From Candidatus Hermodarchaeota archaeon (lineage in GTDB: Archaea; Asgardarchaeota; Hermodarchaeia; Hermodarchaeales; Hermodarchaeaceae), in assembly GCA_016840065.1 (NCBI GenBank), contig JAEOTB010000010.1, positions 33,629 through 97,628 of the forward strand: 64,000 nt of DNA, in the 5' to 3' direction. The translations under genes and the position numbers were made by a program. How positions within the stretch are numbered: the first letter of the stretch is position 1; each line of letters opens with the position of its first letter. Of the stretch, positions 26,761-37,086 are shown piece by piece. A model generated the notes under the pieces. The model was not told the origin of the DNA, searched no databases, and saw nothing but the letters and a program-made list of their open reading frames with translations.

Positions 26761-29100
26761 CTAATATCGGAGGAACGGTTTACCTTTGACAATACGGCTA
26801 ATAATCGAGTTAATTTTCGCTCGCTTTACAAGGTCTTCAAAGCGCCGTTTAATATGTAGCATATTCACCTTCTCAGGTTTCACACGAAGTTTCTTGGCTA
26901 GTGCTATGAAGAGGCGCTCGAAATCATAGATTAGAAGCCTCTTCTCCTCCTCACCTTCACCGACGGCGAGTCCCTGCTCAATGGCAACACGCAGCTCGTT
27001 TATGTAGTACACCTTCGCCTTTTCAAAGCTCATTTCCTTTTCTTTTATTAGCTCCTGTAAGAAGGGGAGGCCAAATTTTGACCGGGCTATCTTCTCAAGA
27101 CGCGCTAAGAGGGCGTTTAGAACGTCATCATGCGACAACTGATCGTAGTCTTCAAGCTTGGTCGGAATCTGTCTGACAAGTTCCTGATCTTCAGTCAATG
27201 AACCAGAAAGTGGTACAGGCTCTGTAGTTATCGTGGTCTGTGTCTTCGGTTTTGGTGTAGTTCTTGTTTTTGGTTTGGTCCTAGTTCTTGTTTTTGGTTT
27301 GGTCCTAGTTCTTGTTCTAGTTCTGGTCTTTGGTGTGGTTTCGGTCTCTACTGTTGGCTCTGGAACTGTAATCTTTACTGTCGGCTTTGGCGTAGTGATT
27401 TCTACCGTTTTTTGTGGTAGGATTTCTACTGTTGGTTCTTGTGTTGTAATCCTTATTGTCGGCTTTGGCGTAGTGATTTCTGTAGTTGTTGGCTCGATAG
27501 CCGCATGGCTTGGTCTTGGTGCTGCCGGTTCTTGAGTTGGCTTTGGTACACCAGCATCACGGGCCCCTCTTGGTTTTGGCTCGATAGTTTCATGTGCAAC
27601 ATCAGGTACAGGGGCATCAGTAACTGTCGTCGGTGGGGGAGTTACAGGGTCTTGTTTTGGTATCGCTTTTGGAGTCTTGAACTGTCGCTTAGCGGTAACC
27701 TTTGGAATCTTGGTCTTTGGTTGTTGTTCAGTTGCTGAAGGAGTTTTAGGCACTTGCTCCGTTTTTCCTTTCAACTGTGGTCTAGGTGTAGGATCCATAT
27801 CGAAGCTCAGAATTTTCTTACCTTGTGCAAGTCGTTGGACATCATCTTCAGTCAAGGTAAGATGCTGAGTAAGGAGCCACCGGGTTCTGACGCGAATCAT
27901 GTTATTCGGTAAAGTAGGATTAACAACAAGGAACCTAGCGAGCGTTAAACGAGAAATCTCGTCGATGAGAGGTGTTTGGTTCTGCTCACCAATAGATTGG
28001 TCCAGCAGATGCTGAATCGTCTTTTGTGATTGCGGCGAAATAATGCGACCTAGTCCTAGAGTATTGAATTGATCAAAAGCCTTGTAATCGAGATCCCTAG
28101 GAGACTGAGTGGCCACCATACAGATAATACCATACTTTCGGGCTTGACGGAAAAGCATCAGAAATGTATCCTTAGGACCTGGCTTAAGGGTACCTGCTGG
28201 CACAAAAGGCGCAATCTCGTCTGTGAAGAAGATTAGCCTCGGTGTTTTCGATGATCCTTGCTGAAGCATCCAAGAATACATCTGACTTAGGAGGATGGAA
28301 ATGAAGAACATCTTCTCCTCCTCGCTCCTTAGTGTTTTCAAGAAGAAGATGTTTAGCGGAGTTTTTCCATCTACTTTCTCAATAACTCTTGAGAAGTCGA
28401 TGGGTTCACCAGTGCTGAAGAGGAGTTGAGAGGTTCCTATCGTTAAGCTGCGTATCGCATGGCTCAAGCGCACCCGCTCAGCTGGTTTCATGTACTTATC
28501 TAAAGGGATTCCCAGCTCCTCTGGTGTGAGGGCAACCAAATCAGCTAGCTCGGATAAGTTGCTTATTTCACGCTTTCTGTCCCAGAAGAACTTCAATATC
28601 TCAAAGATAACCGCAAAGGCTCGGCTCTCATGAGTTCCTGGCAGTCCTGCGGTTTTAATTAACACTCGAACGAGTGTACGTGACGAGTTATCTATAATCC
28701 GAATTACGTCCTCTGGGTCAGCCTTGCGACTGGGCAAGACAAGTGGGTTAACTGAGATGCGAGAGCCCTTTGAGCTAGCTGGGGTGAAAATTCGAACCGC
28801 GACTTTCTCCTTGAATTCCTCTTGCAGCTCCCGGCTTATACCATTTCTTTCTAGCTCCTCGGGATTACCTGGCATGGCTAGACTCGCAAGGTCTCCCTGT
28901 GGATCAAGAGCAATAATAGGGATTCCATGACGCGCCGCCTCCTCGAGAATAATCTTACAGAAGACGGTTTTACCTGAACCTGTCGTTCCAAACGTTCCAA
29001 GATGACGCCTAAGCATATTAGCATCGAGATGGACAAGTTTGTCAGTGATTTCCCCGTCTGCAGTAAATTCATAGCCAATCCAGAACTTCATCATACACAC
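26761..29100 (-). CDS. HerA/DUF87-DUF853-family P-loop ATPase with a Pro/Thr/Lys-rich linker and C-terminal helical domain
   Basis: RHLGTFGTTGSGKT, LDPQGD, FFTDEI, RQARKYG, ATQSP. Confidence 0.88.
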   Translation of the reverse strand: MCMMKFWIGYEFTADGEITDKLVHLDANMLRRHLGTFGTTGSGKTVFCKIILEEAARHGIPIIALDPQGDLASLAMPGNPEELERNGISRELQEEFKEKVAVRIFTPASSKGSRISVNPLVLPSRKADPEDVIRIIDNSSRTLVRVLIKTAGLPGTHESRAFAVIFEILKFFWDRKREISNLSELADLVALTPEELGIPLDKYMKPAERVRLSHAIRSLTIGTSQLLFSTGEPIDFSRVIEKVDGKTPLNIFFLKTLRSEEEKMFFISILLSQMYSWMLQQGSSKTPRLIFFTDEIAPFVPAGTLKPGPKDTFLMLFRQARKYGIICMVATQSPRDLDYKAFDQFNTLGLGRIISPQSQKTIQHLLDQSIGEQNQTPLIDEISRLTLARFLVVNPTLPNNMIRVRTRWLLTQHLTLTEDDVQRLAQGKKILSFDMDPTPRPQLKGKTEQVPKTPSATEQQPKTKIPKVTAKRQFKTPKAIPKQDPVTPPPTTVTDAPVPDVAHETIEPKPRGARDAGVPKPTQEPAAPRPSHAAIEPTTTEITTPKPTIRITTQEPTVEILPQKTVEITTPKPTVKITVPEPTVETETTPKTRTRTRTRTKPKTRTRTKPKTRTTPKPKTQTTITTEPVPLSGSLTEDQELVRQIPTKLEDYDQLSHDDVLNALLARLEKIARSKFGLPFLQELIKEKEMSFEKAKVYYINELRVAIEQGLAVGEGEEEKRLLIYDFERLFIALAKKLRVKPEKVNMLHIKRRFEDLVKRAKINSIISRIVKGKPFLRY
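27258..27316. repeat. 24-bp tandem repeat (about 2.5 copies) encoding TKPKTRTR
   Basis: tagttcttgtttttggtttggtcc x2 plus a partial copy. Confidence 0.9.
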
Positions 29101-29252
29101 TTCAATGCCTTGAGGAATTCCTCTCGATTAGTTACGTCCTCTTTTGTGATAATTCTATTCAAAGGCTTTAAACTATCGGTTTGCAAGAGCTAGCAATTAT
29201 CGAAGTTCATCTATTTCGCAGATACCATTTTTCTTTTAGAATTGGTGTTCTG

Positions 29253-30641
29253 CTAACTTTTTCGCATATGAAGTGGCGTGATAAACTTGAGTGGGGCTGC
29301 CTCTATGGGCTTCAAGTATTTCTGCAGAACCTTTGGAATAAGGATTCGACCATCAGGCTGAAGATTATTCTCAAGCACTGCTGTAATAGCACGAGTAGTC
29401 GCAATCACGGTTGAATTCAATGTGTGTACGAAGCCCTTTGTGGGGTGTCCACGCTTTTCTGCATACCTGATATCGAGCCGTGCGGACTGATAGTCAGTGC
29501 AGTTACTACAAGAAACCATCTCCCGATACTTGCCCTGGGATGGCATCCACACTTCCATATCATAGGTCTTTGCAGATACTTGTCCAAGGTCGCCACCACA
29601 CATGTTCACAATCCTAAAAGGAAGACCAAGAGGCTCCCAAACCTCTTCAACAACCTGGATCATTTTTTCAATCCATTCCCAAGAATCATCAGGATGACAG
29701 AACACAAACTGCTCAACCTTGGAAAATTGGTGAACACGAAAGATTCCTTTTGTATCCTTACCATGAGCTCCAGCTTCCTTTCTATAGCAGGGGCTATATC
29801 CTGCAAGAAGTAGGGGCAGCTCATCAATCTCAAGGACTTCGCGCATGTATCGTGCAGCAATTGGGTGCTCAGAGGTCGCAATCAGGTATAAATCGCGGTC
29901 TTCTAGTTTGTAAAGAGCATCTTCAAAGGCACCTATGTCTGTAACTCCGCTGTATGCATCATGATTCAATAAGTGAGGAGGTAAAACAGGAGTGAAACCT
30001 CGGCGCGTGATTTCGTCTAGTGCATATAGGCCAAGAGCTTGATTCAACCAAAATATATGATCAAGTAAGAAGTAGTACCTCGCACCTGTTGTCTTTGCAG
30101 CTCGTTCAGTGTCAATAAGACCGGTCTGCTCAGAGATATCATAGTGGCTCAACGGCTGCTCTTCTGTAACGATACACTTCACTGAGAGTCCTTGAGCATC
30201 AGCTAGAAATTGATCGTGGTGTTCTCGCCAAACCAGTGGTTTACCGATATACTTGACTGGGCGGTTCTCTGTATCATCCTTTCCCTCAGGAACACTTTCA
30301 TGTGCAATGTTTGGGATACTACGAAGTACAGCTGTTCTCTGCTTGTCAATCTTCTCGACCCGTCGTTCTTCTTTAGAAACCTTCTCAGAAAGAAGTTTAG
30401 TCTCTCGGATTAATCGTTGTTTTTCCTTGGGATCCTTAGTCTTTGCTATCTGTCTTGAAATCTCGTTTCGCTGCCGTTGGAGTTCACTGACTTTGACCCG
30501 AGTTTTACGCCATTTAGCGTCAAGTCTAATCGCCTTGTCGACAACGCCTGGATCCAATCTCCGCAAGCGTTGAGACCAGCGAAGTCTCTCAGGGTCATTT
30601 CGAACTGCATCGAGAATGCTCCACATGCTCATTATCTTCAC
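29253..30641 (-). CDS. serS: Seryl-tRNA synthetase
   Basis: N-terminal coiled arm, LIATSEH, YRKEAG, FRVHQFSKVEQF, SCSNCTDYQ, HTLNST. Confidence 0.97.
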   Translation of the reverse strand: MKIMSMWSILDAVRNDPERLRWSQRLRRLDPGVVDKAIRLDAKWRKTRVKVSELQRQRNEISRQIAKTKDPKEKQRLIRETKLLSEKVSKEERRVEKIDKQRTAVLRSIPNIAHESVPEGKDDTENRPVKYIGKPLVWREHHDQFLADAQGLSVKCIVTEEQPLSHYDISEQTGLIDTERAAKTTGARYYFLLDHIFWLNQALGLYALDEITRRGFTPVLPPHLLNHDAYSGVTDIGAFEDALYKLEDRDLYLIATSEHPIAARYMREVLEIDELPLLLAGYSPCYRKEAGAHGKDTKGIFRVHQFSKVEQFVFCHPDDSWEWIEKMIQVVEEVWEPLGLPFRIVNMCGGDLGQVSAKTYDMEVWMPSQGKYREMVSCSNCTDYQSARLDIRYAEKRGHPTKGFVHTLNSTVIATTRAITAVLENNLQPDGRILIPKVLQKYLKPIEAAPLKFITPLHMRKS

Positions 30642-30830
30642 CTTAAAGCACTCAAATCCCTTGACCCTAAAAGCATTCCTTTATGCTTCGTGCCTTCCCT
30701 CTTTTTGAGGGTACAAGAATATCACATCTTTTCGGAATGCCAACTTGTCAAATGTCAGAGCCGTTATCTATCCAGTATCTAGTGTTTCTACACGAATACG
30801 GGTTTTGGCGATGGCAGCATAACTATAACG

Positions 30831-32057
30831 CTAAAACCATTTCTTTCGGCGCCCTATGACCACAAAGATAACAAGGAAAGCTACAACCACGACTCCACCA
30901 ACGATTAGCCACGGGAATGGGGGTGGTTCAATGAAGATTATCTCTTCCAGCAGGTTCATTCGATTCAGCAGAGCAAGAGTGCTAACAGCCCAATGGGTTT
31001 GCAGAGCAAGACCGCTTCCTTCTGCCGAGTCAGCGAAACCGCCACCAACAGTCTGCTTGTTGATAATCCATGCGGCAGTGTCATCTACTTGAATCTGGTT
31101 TGTAGCACCAAGGATTAGTAGTGTGCGAATGGCGTAGTACGTGGCAAGATGGGTTGAAACCATATCATCTGGGGTAGCACTATAGCCCCCAAGATAATCT
31201 GGGTAATTTGTATTGTTTTGGTAAAGGGACGAGACAAACTGGATTGCTGCTGTTTGATTTATCGAGCCGAGTCCATCAACGATTTCTAAACTGCGAACGG
31301 CCATAAACGTGGATTGAATGTCTGATACAGTGCCATTCGGGCTGTTTAAGAAACCGCCATAGCTTGGCGAGTTGGTGGGTGATAGCACCTGACAAGAGTT
31401 CAGCCAAGGAACGACTAAGCTCGCATTGATTTCGCCAATGTAAGGTGCATAGATAGTATCATTACCGAAGAGTTCCAGAGCGTAATAGGTTGCTGCTACG
31501 GTAGCGTTTCCGTCAATTGTGTCAGCAAACCCACCATAGGTTATTGGGTATTCGGTTTCGTTCAGCCTCTGATGACGTGCGGTGAAGTTGACGACAATAT
31601 TGTAGTCAACGGCAAAGGTTTCATCGAGCTGGTGCAATATCAGGATGGCATAATGGGTTGCAGTCAAGGAGGCATTCTCGGCTCCTTCAGTCAGATAGAA
31701 CCCGCCATAATCAGTATTATTCGCCACATTAGTGTCGTTCCAGAAATCCTGCACCCAACTACTCATGTTTGCTGGTATGTTCCAGTCAGGGTGAGTGTCG
31801 TTTGCGGTAGCCCAACCATCAAGTGTTTCAAGAATACTTACTACTGCATAAGTAGCGGAAAAGGTCGGAGATTCCGCATCAGGATAGAGTAGTGCACCAC
31901 CAGACTCGTGTAAACAAGAAGCTGTGAATGAAACTACACGAGTCTGTCGTGTCTCTGCTCCTGCCACTGTTGCAGGACTTAGGCATATCAGAAAGATGAG
32001 GCTAAAGAAAAGGACTCCAAAGATCTGTTTACGCAACCGGCTTTTCCTCCGTTTCAT
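30831..32057 (-). CDS. Membrane-anchored secreted prenyltransferase/squalene-oxidase-repeat (alpha/alpha barrel) protein
   Basis: Signal peptide, repeated YGGF...ATYYA motifs, C-terminal TM helix followed by RRKKWF. Confidence 0.85.
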   Translation of the reverse strand: MKRRKSRLRKQIFGVLFFSLIFLICLSPATVAGAETRQTRVVSFTASCLHESGGALLYPDAESPTFSATYAVVSILETLDGWATANDTHPDWNIPANMSSWVQDFWNDTNVANNTDYGGFYLTEGAENASLTATHYAILILHQLDETFAVDYNIVVNFTARHQRLNETEYPITYGGFADTIDGNATVAATYYALELFGNDTIYAPYIGEINASLVVPWLNSCQVLSPTNSPSYGGFLNSPNGTVSDIQSTFMAVRSLEIVDGLGSINQTAAIQFVSSLYQNNTNYPDYLGGYSATPDDMVSTHLATYYAIRTLLILGATNQIQVDDTAAWIINKQTVGGGFADSAEGSGLALQTHWAVSTLALLNRMNLLEEIIFIEPPPFPWLIVGGVVVVAFLVIFVVIGRRKKWF

Positions 32058-32121
32058 TACGGGCTTCCCGTTACTGGGCGAATTCCCTTAAAAGATTTCG
32101 TTCCAGTCAGTTCAAGGCACT

Positions 32122-33045
32122 TCAATCGGGCTTTACCGATAACCAATGAGTAACTGCAACCACAGCATCTCCACAGGCTGTGACAATCTGGCGAGGGCTG
32201 TCCGAGCGAACATCGCCGACCGCGTATAACGCTGGAATATTGGTTCTTTGTTTTTGGTCGATTATAATGTGCCCCTTTTCGTCTGTTTTGACGCCAGCAG
32301 AGGAGGCAATATCGCTGTTGGGGCGAACACCCACTGCAATGAAGACACCATGGACTGGCTGGGTCCATTCCTTTCCTGTTCTTTTATTTCGAAGCTTGAC
32401 CTCTGCGACCACTTTTTCTCCTAATACCTCGGTCATTATGGTGTCCCAGAGAATCTCTATCTTCTCGTGTTTCTTTAAGCGCTCAGCGTAAGTGTGTTCA
32501 GCGCGAAGCTTGTCCCTTCGGTGTACGAGATAAACCCTTTCTACGATGTTTGCTAGAAAGAGAGCTTCCATCGCAGCAGTATTCCCCCCACCAACAACTA
32601 GCACGGTTCTTCCTCTAAAGAGAGGACCATCACAAGTAGCACAGAAGCTTACGCCACGTCCATCCAATCGGTCCTCGCCAGGTACTCCGAGTCTCGCATG
32701 ATGAGCTCCCATTGCTAGGACCATAGCTGGTGCGTGATATTCTTCACCATCAGCAGTGATAGCAACTTTGAGTTCTTCACTGAGGCGTAGCTTCTCGACT
32801 GCTGTTAATTCTTTAATTTCTGCTCCAGCTTTCAAAGTCTGTTCTTTCATTTTAGTAGCAAGGTCTGCGCCCATAATCGACTCGTAGCTAGGATAATTCT
32901 CTAACACCCACGCGTTTATCATCTGCCCGCCACAAATCCCTGATTCAATAATCGTTGTTCTGAGTCCCATGCGCGCAGCGTAGAGACCCGCAGTAAGTCC
33001 TCCAGGTCCTCCACCAATTATGATGATATCCCTTTTGTGAGCCAT
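32122..33045 (-). CDS. trxB: Thioredoxin reductase
   Basis: GGGPGG, GVSFCATCDG, GGGNTA, HRRDKLRA. Confidence 0.96.
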   Translation of the reverse strand: MAHKRDIIIIGGGPGGLTAGLYAARMGLRTTIIESGICGGQMINAWVLENYPSYESIMGADLATKMKEQTLKAGAEIKELTAVEKLRLSEELKVAITADGEEYHAPAMVLAMGAHHARLGVPGEDRLDGRGVSFCATCDGPLFRGRTVLVVGGGNTAAMEALFLANIVERVYLVHRRDKLRAEHTYAERLKKHEKIEILWDTIMTEVLGEKVVAEVKLRNKRTGKEWTQPVHGVFIAVGVRPNSDIASSAGVKTDEKGHIIIDQKQRTNIPALYAVGDVRSDSPRQIVTACGDAVVAVTHWLSVKPD

Positions 33046-33137
33046 TGTTCAATCACTGCTGGAAAGTGTCTTCTAAAGGCTTTTTCAGCGTTTTGCTTCT
33101 CTGTATACACACCAAACCCGAAAACTAGTGCTAGTAT

Positions 33138-33755
33138 CTACTTGAACTCGAATAACTCTCCGCGTGCTAGAGCTTCGAGTCTCTCTGCTCCCTCTCGGTA
33201 GCCCCCTGCGTAGATGATGTCACCTGGCTGAAGCTCAAATTGGTCCTCAGGATAATAGATCCAGCGGTCCTTTCGCTTTACTGCCAATATTCGCGCGCCA
33301 TGATTTTCTAGTCGGAGTTGTGATAGCCGTTTATGCGCTAGCTCCGACTTCGCCGAAACCACTTCTCGGCTAACGCGTTCATCAGCTTCCTTCAAAGCTA
33401 TTTGCATTACTGGGTGAACATCTACTCCGCGAAGCACAATTTCAGCTATTTGAGCGGCGGCATCCGCAAGATTCTCCGATGCCACACCTAAACGGATTAA
33501 TCCTAGGCGTCCCTTCTCTTCCCCCTTACCTAGCTTCATCCGTAAAACCTCTAGCTCGAATTCTGTGTGGAAAGCATCGAATGCTTCCTCCAATTCGAAG
33601 ATATCTTGAGCCATATCCTTGTTATTTGTCAGGAGTGCCGTGTAAGCTAGATTGATTAGGAGTTCTGAAGTGTCCTTCATCTGAATCAGCATATCGAGGA
33701 TACGCTGCTCCGCCTTCGGCTGTTTACTCGGTTTAAGCAATCTCTTCAAGCTCAC
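33138..33755 (-). CDS. PhoU-like plus TrkA-C (RCK-C) domain protein
   Basis: MKDTSELLINLAY, ENLADAA, ILAVKRK...LQPGD. Confidence 0.88.
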   Translation of the reverse strand: MSLKRLLKPSKQPKAEQRILDMLIQMKDTSELLINLAYTALLTNNKDMAQDIFELEEAFDAFHTEFELEVLRMKLGKGEEKGRLGLIRLGVASENLADAAAQIAEIVLRGVDVHPVMQIALKEADERVSREVVSAKSELAHKRLSQLRLENHGARILAVKRKDRWIYYPEDQFELQPGDIIYAGGYREGAERLEALARGELFEFK

Positions 33756-34344
33756 CGGTAGCTAACCTCTGTAATTTTTCTATACTTTCACTAGCTCCTC
33801 GGACTATGACTCGGTCTCCTTTTTGAAGCTGCCATGAGTCGGGAGGGTTTATCGTCCACTTGACCTTGCGCTTGATTGCGATGATGTCACAACCAATCTC
33901 TTCTTCGAGGTTAATCTCAGCTAGTGTCTTGGCAACTAGTATGGATTTACTTCGAATTACCGCGCGTCCAACTATTTCCTCTGCTTGATTGATAGCCTGT
34001 TGAAGAATTTTGGGAATACCAATATTCCGAACGACGAGTCCCGCTATATCTGCAGCTGCATCACTAATCTTGTTTGCAGAAGAGGCGGCTTTCATAATTC
34101 CAGCTATCTGTTCAGCGTCATCCTTGTCACGAACCGCTAGAGATGCATTCATTAGAAGTAAATAGCTCAGATAATCTACCCGCTTCTCTAGCCCCATAAC
34201 TTCCTCAGCCAGGTCCCCGTCATTAAACAAGACACACGAATAAGCGAGATCTATCATCAACTCGCTCAGATTCTTCATTTCAATGATTAGGTTTCTAACC
34301 GGGATGGGTTGATATTCAATTTCTCGAAGTTCGTCCTCTAGCAT
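33733..34344 (-). CDS. PhoU-like plus TrkA-C domain protein (paralogue)
   Basis: MKNLSELMIDLAYS, KISDAA, IIAIKRK...LQKGD. Confidence 0.88.
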   Translation of the reverse strand: MLEDELREIEYQPIPVRNLIIEMKNLSELMIDLAYSCVLFNDGDLAEEVMGLEKRVDYLSYLLLMNASLAVRDKDDAEQIAGIMKAASSANKISDAAADIAGLVVRNIGIPKILQQAINQAEEIVGRAVIRSKSILVAKTLAEINLEEEIGCDIIAIKRKVKWTINPPDSWQLQKGDRVIVRGASESIEKLQRLATGELEEIA

Positions 34345-34497
34345 TAAGGCCCACAGACTCCAAACATTGCGGAAACTGGGTTCGTGTCACAACTTTTCCA
34401 CTCTTATTTACTTGTATCTAGTTTTTCAATTTTTCTGGTAAGGCAATTATTTTTGTAGAGTAGTGAAACATGCTACCACAAATTGGTGAGCCGCTGA

Positions 34498-35175
34498 TTG
34501 ATAGGTCGAATAAAGGAGAAATTTAAGAAAGCGTTTGGACCAGTCGGTCGAGCTCTTGGGCGTACTGGAGTTCCGCCCAACCTACTCACGATTTTGGGAC
34601 CAATAATCGCAGTATTTGCTGCCCTCTTCTATTTCTGGCAAGACTTACTGGCAGCACTCTTATTACTACTGTTATCGAGCTTCATTGACGCGCTGGACGG
34701 AGCCGTTGCCCGCGCCCAGAAAAGGACAACTGCCTTTGGAGGAGTCCTTGATAGTGTTTGTGATCGATACAGCGATGCCATCGTGATTTTCGGGATAATT
34801 CTTGGTGGATGGTTATCGTCTTCTTGGGGATTAATTTGGGGGATACTTGCCTTAGTGGGGAGCCTGATGGTTAGCTACACTCGGGCTCGTGCCGAAGCGG
34901 CTGGAGTATCACAGCTTGGAGTAGGAATCGCCGAACGTCCTGAACGCCTCATCATTTTGATGATCGTAACATTGCTTGATTATCTAACTATCAACGGGTT
35001 ACTATTTACTCCCCCAGTTCTCTTCGGTGTTTCCCTCTGGATAGAGTATGGGATAATCCTCATCGTGATACTGGCGCATATTACAGTAGTTCAACGAACA
35101 GTCGCCGCTTACCGGGCTTTATCTAAGCAGTCGAAGGAGCAAGAGCAGCAGCCAAAATCTGAAGATACCTCCTAG
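34498..35175 (+). CDS. pgsA: CDP-alcohol phosphatidyltransferase, probable archaetidylinositol phosphate synthase
   Basis: PNLLT, DALDGAVAR...GGVLDSVCDR, SYTRARAE, ERPER. Confidence 0.88.
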   Translation: MIGRIKEKFKKAFGPVGRALGRTGVPPNLLTILGPIIAVFAALFYFWQDLLAALLLLLLSSFIDALDGAVARAQKRTTAFGGVLDSVCDRYSDAIVIFGIILGGWLSSSWGLIWGILALVGSLMVSYTRARAEAAGVSQLGVGIAERPERLIILMIVTLLDYLTINGLLFTPPVLFGVSLWIEYGIILIVILAHITVVQRTVAAYRALSKQSKEQEQQPKSEDTS

Positions 35176-35518
35176 CCTCTGACAAGGCACTCCGCCCCTT
35201 CTCTGTTATAGCATAATACTTCCTTGCAGGACGACGACCCTCTTGCCTCTCCCCGCTCCGCTCAACCAGCCCTTCACGTTGAAGCTTGTAAAGAAGAACA
35301 TAGGCAGTTACAGGAGCTATCTCTACACCGAATTGCTCCTGAACGGTTGCTCGAACCTCATACGCGAAGTATTCTCTCTGCTCAAGCAGGGTTAGGACAA
35401 AAAGCCAGAGATTTTCCTTTGTCGTTCTTGTTATAAGGCGTCGCATTGCCTTGGTTCCGTGCTGGGAATAATTCTGGACCGCCTCACTTAACTCCCGTCT
35501 ATCTGACAATATTTTCAT
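35123..35518 (-). CDS. PadR-family transcriptional regulator
   Basis: YVLLYKLQREGLV...RKYYAITEKG. Confidence 0.9.
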   Translation of the reverse strand: MKILSDRRELSEAVQNYSQHGTKAMRRLITRTTKENLWLFVLTLLEQREYFAYEVRATVQEQFGVEIAPVTAYVLLYKLQREGLVERSGERQEGRRPARKYYAITEKGRSALSEARRYLQILAAALAPSTA

Positions 35519-35549
35519 TCTCCTAAGGACTAATACTCTGCTTTTTTCA

Positions 35550-36164
35550 CTAATCTATACCTGTTCTACGTGCTAACTCGAGAAGTAATAATGTGATTAT
35601 TTGGCTCCCCAAAAGACTTTTTTCTCCTACACCAATTTTCCAGGCGTTCTGTTGCATCAACAGGGTTTCATGCTCGGGTGGTACGCCTTGATGATCACCC
35701 AGAACGAAAACAAGAGGTACCGAAGGGTTAATTTCGGTCTTCGCTAGGGGTTCACCCCCCTCAACTAGATAGAATAATTGCCCTTGTTCTCCTACTATGT
35801 CTTCAAGTGACTCTGCAAATCCTTTTCTTGTAACTGAGAAATGAGGCCAAACTTCAACTTGGGCTGGGTTTTGAGTCTGGGCACGTGCAAGCAAATCTTT
35901 CAGTAAAAGAGCACACGCAAGCCCGCTCTCAGGAACCATTCCCGCCAATACCTCCCTTACCTGGAGGAGGAGTGGCGGGTTTGGAGGACCACCAAGTACA
36001 GAGAGAAACCGTATGCTAGGACACAATTCAGGTACGCTTCGAAAGGTGGCTACTAACACTCGGCACAAAACGTCTAGTCGTCCACTCGTACCAGCAACGT
36101 CACGTATGAGAAAGTCTCCTGAAGTACGACAGTGAATTGCATCAAAGAGAACAGTTAGACGCAA
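35550..36164 (-). CDS. trmY: tRNA (pseudouridine54-N1)-methyltransferase
   Basis: SGRLDVLCR, FVLGDHQG, SPOUT fold. Confidence 0.9.
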   Translation of the reverse strand: MRLTVLFDAIHCRTSGDFLIRDVAGTSGRLDVLCRVLVATFRSVPELCPSIRFLSVLGGPPNPPLLLQVREVLAGMVPESGLACALLLKDLLARAQTQNPAQVEVWPHFSVTRKGFAESLEDIVGEQGQLFYLVEGGEPLAKTEINPSVPLVFVLGDHQGVPPEHETLLMQQNAWKIGVGEKSLLGSQIITLLLLELARRTGID

Positions 36165-36225
36165 AGGATTCCCTCAAACATATACCCAAAAATAGAGTGC
36201 CTCGAAACACTCCGTTGAATGAGGA

Positions 36226-36510
36226 TTATTGTCTAGACTTAGATTTCCTGGAGTCTCGGCTTCGGATAGTCACGACTCCTCGATGAACGGCACATGAAAT
36301 GCAATACCATTTTGAAATTTCACGGCGGGGCATAACGGTACCCGCTCGTCGAAGCTCTCTTGCCATCTGCGGGTCCACAAAAGAGGCTCTTGTTGTACGG
36401 CGCTTCGCCTTATCGCGGGGCACTAATTTCCCGCATTGAGTGCATTGAACTGAGCTTCCTCGGCCTTGTGAGCCTTTTCTTCGACCTTGACTCTTTCTTT
36501 TTGATGGCAA
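36226..36510 (-). CDS. rps26e: 30S ribosomal protein S26e
   Basis: PSKRKSQGR, VQCTQCG..VPRDKA, YCISCAVH. The likely start is TTG 36510. Confidence 0.95.
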   Translation of the reverse strand: MPSKRKSQGRRKGSQGRGSSVQCTQCGKLVPRDKAKRRTTRASFVDPQMARELRRAGTVMPRREISKWYCISCAVHRGVVTIRSRDSRKSKSRQ

Positions 36511-36640
36511 TGTCTTTTCATCTCGTAATATCCTATGCAAGTCGCTATCCTTGTGATCGGACTATCAGCCTGCAGTTTCAAGGGAGCATACAAAAGCCCC
36601 TTTCATAAACTTTGTGTTGAGAACGCTCTTTATCTTCGTT

Positions 36641-37069
36641 TCAATCGATTGTTCGACCTGATTCTGCTAAGGGGTGTCCTAAGCATTCCAGTCGAAAGGC
36701 TTTGTACCAACCAAAGGGTGCAATGTGTACAGTAAAACCTAGCTTTCCAAGTTCTTCAGCAAGAGTTTGTAACATACGTACTGCATACTTTGGTTTGGCG
36801 AGTTTTCGTGCGAAGATATGTGCGTGGGGGTAAACTACAATCTCTTTCACTTTCACGCGCTCTGCGACTATCTGAAGTTCCAAGGCTGCCTTCCCAGCTA
36901 TCGAAGACAGTCTGCCTTCATCACTGGTTTCGACAGCGCAGAAGGCAGTAAGACAGTTCTCAAATTCTTTCCACACGCCCTCTTCAGCGTCGTCACGTAC
37001 ACTAATTTTAACTGGCTCTGTTGCCTTGTAGGCGAGTTTTCCGTGAAAGATAAGCAATCGCAAAATCAT
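36641..37069 (-). CDS. Free-standing archaeal threonyl-tRNA synthetase editing domain
   Basis: MILRLLIFH, VYPHAH, APFGWYKAF..CLGHPLAE. Confidence 0.92.
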   Translation of the reverse strand: MILRLLIFHGKLAYKATEPVKISVRDDAEEGVWKEFENCLTAFCAVETSDEGRLSSIAGKAALELQIVAERVKVKEIVVYPHAHIFARKLAKPKYAVRMLQTLAEELGKLGFTVHIAPFGWYKAFRLECLGHPLAESGRTID

Positions 37070-37086
37070 TCATCTCCTTTTTTCGG

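Noticed and set aside
30642-30830. Leader peptide or attenuator upstream of serS
   Set aside because: The short ORF has only one Ser and the inverted repeats are short.
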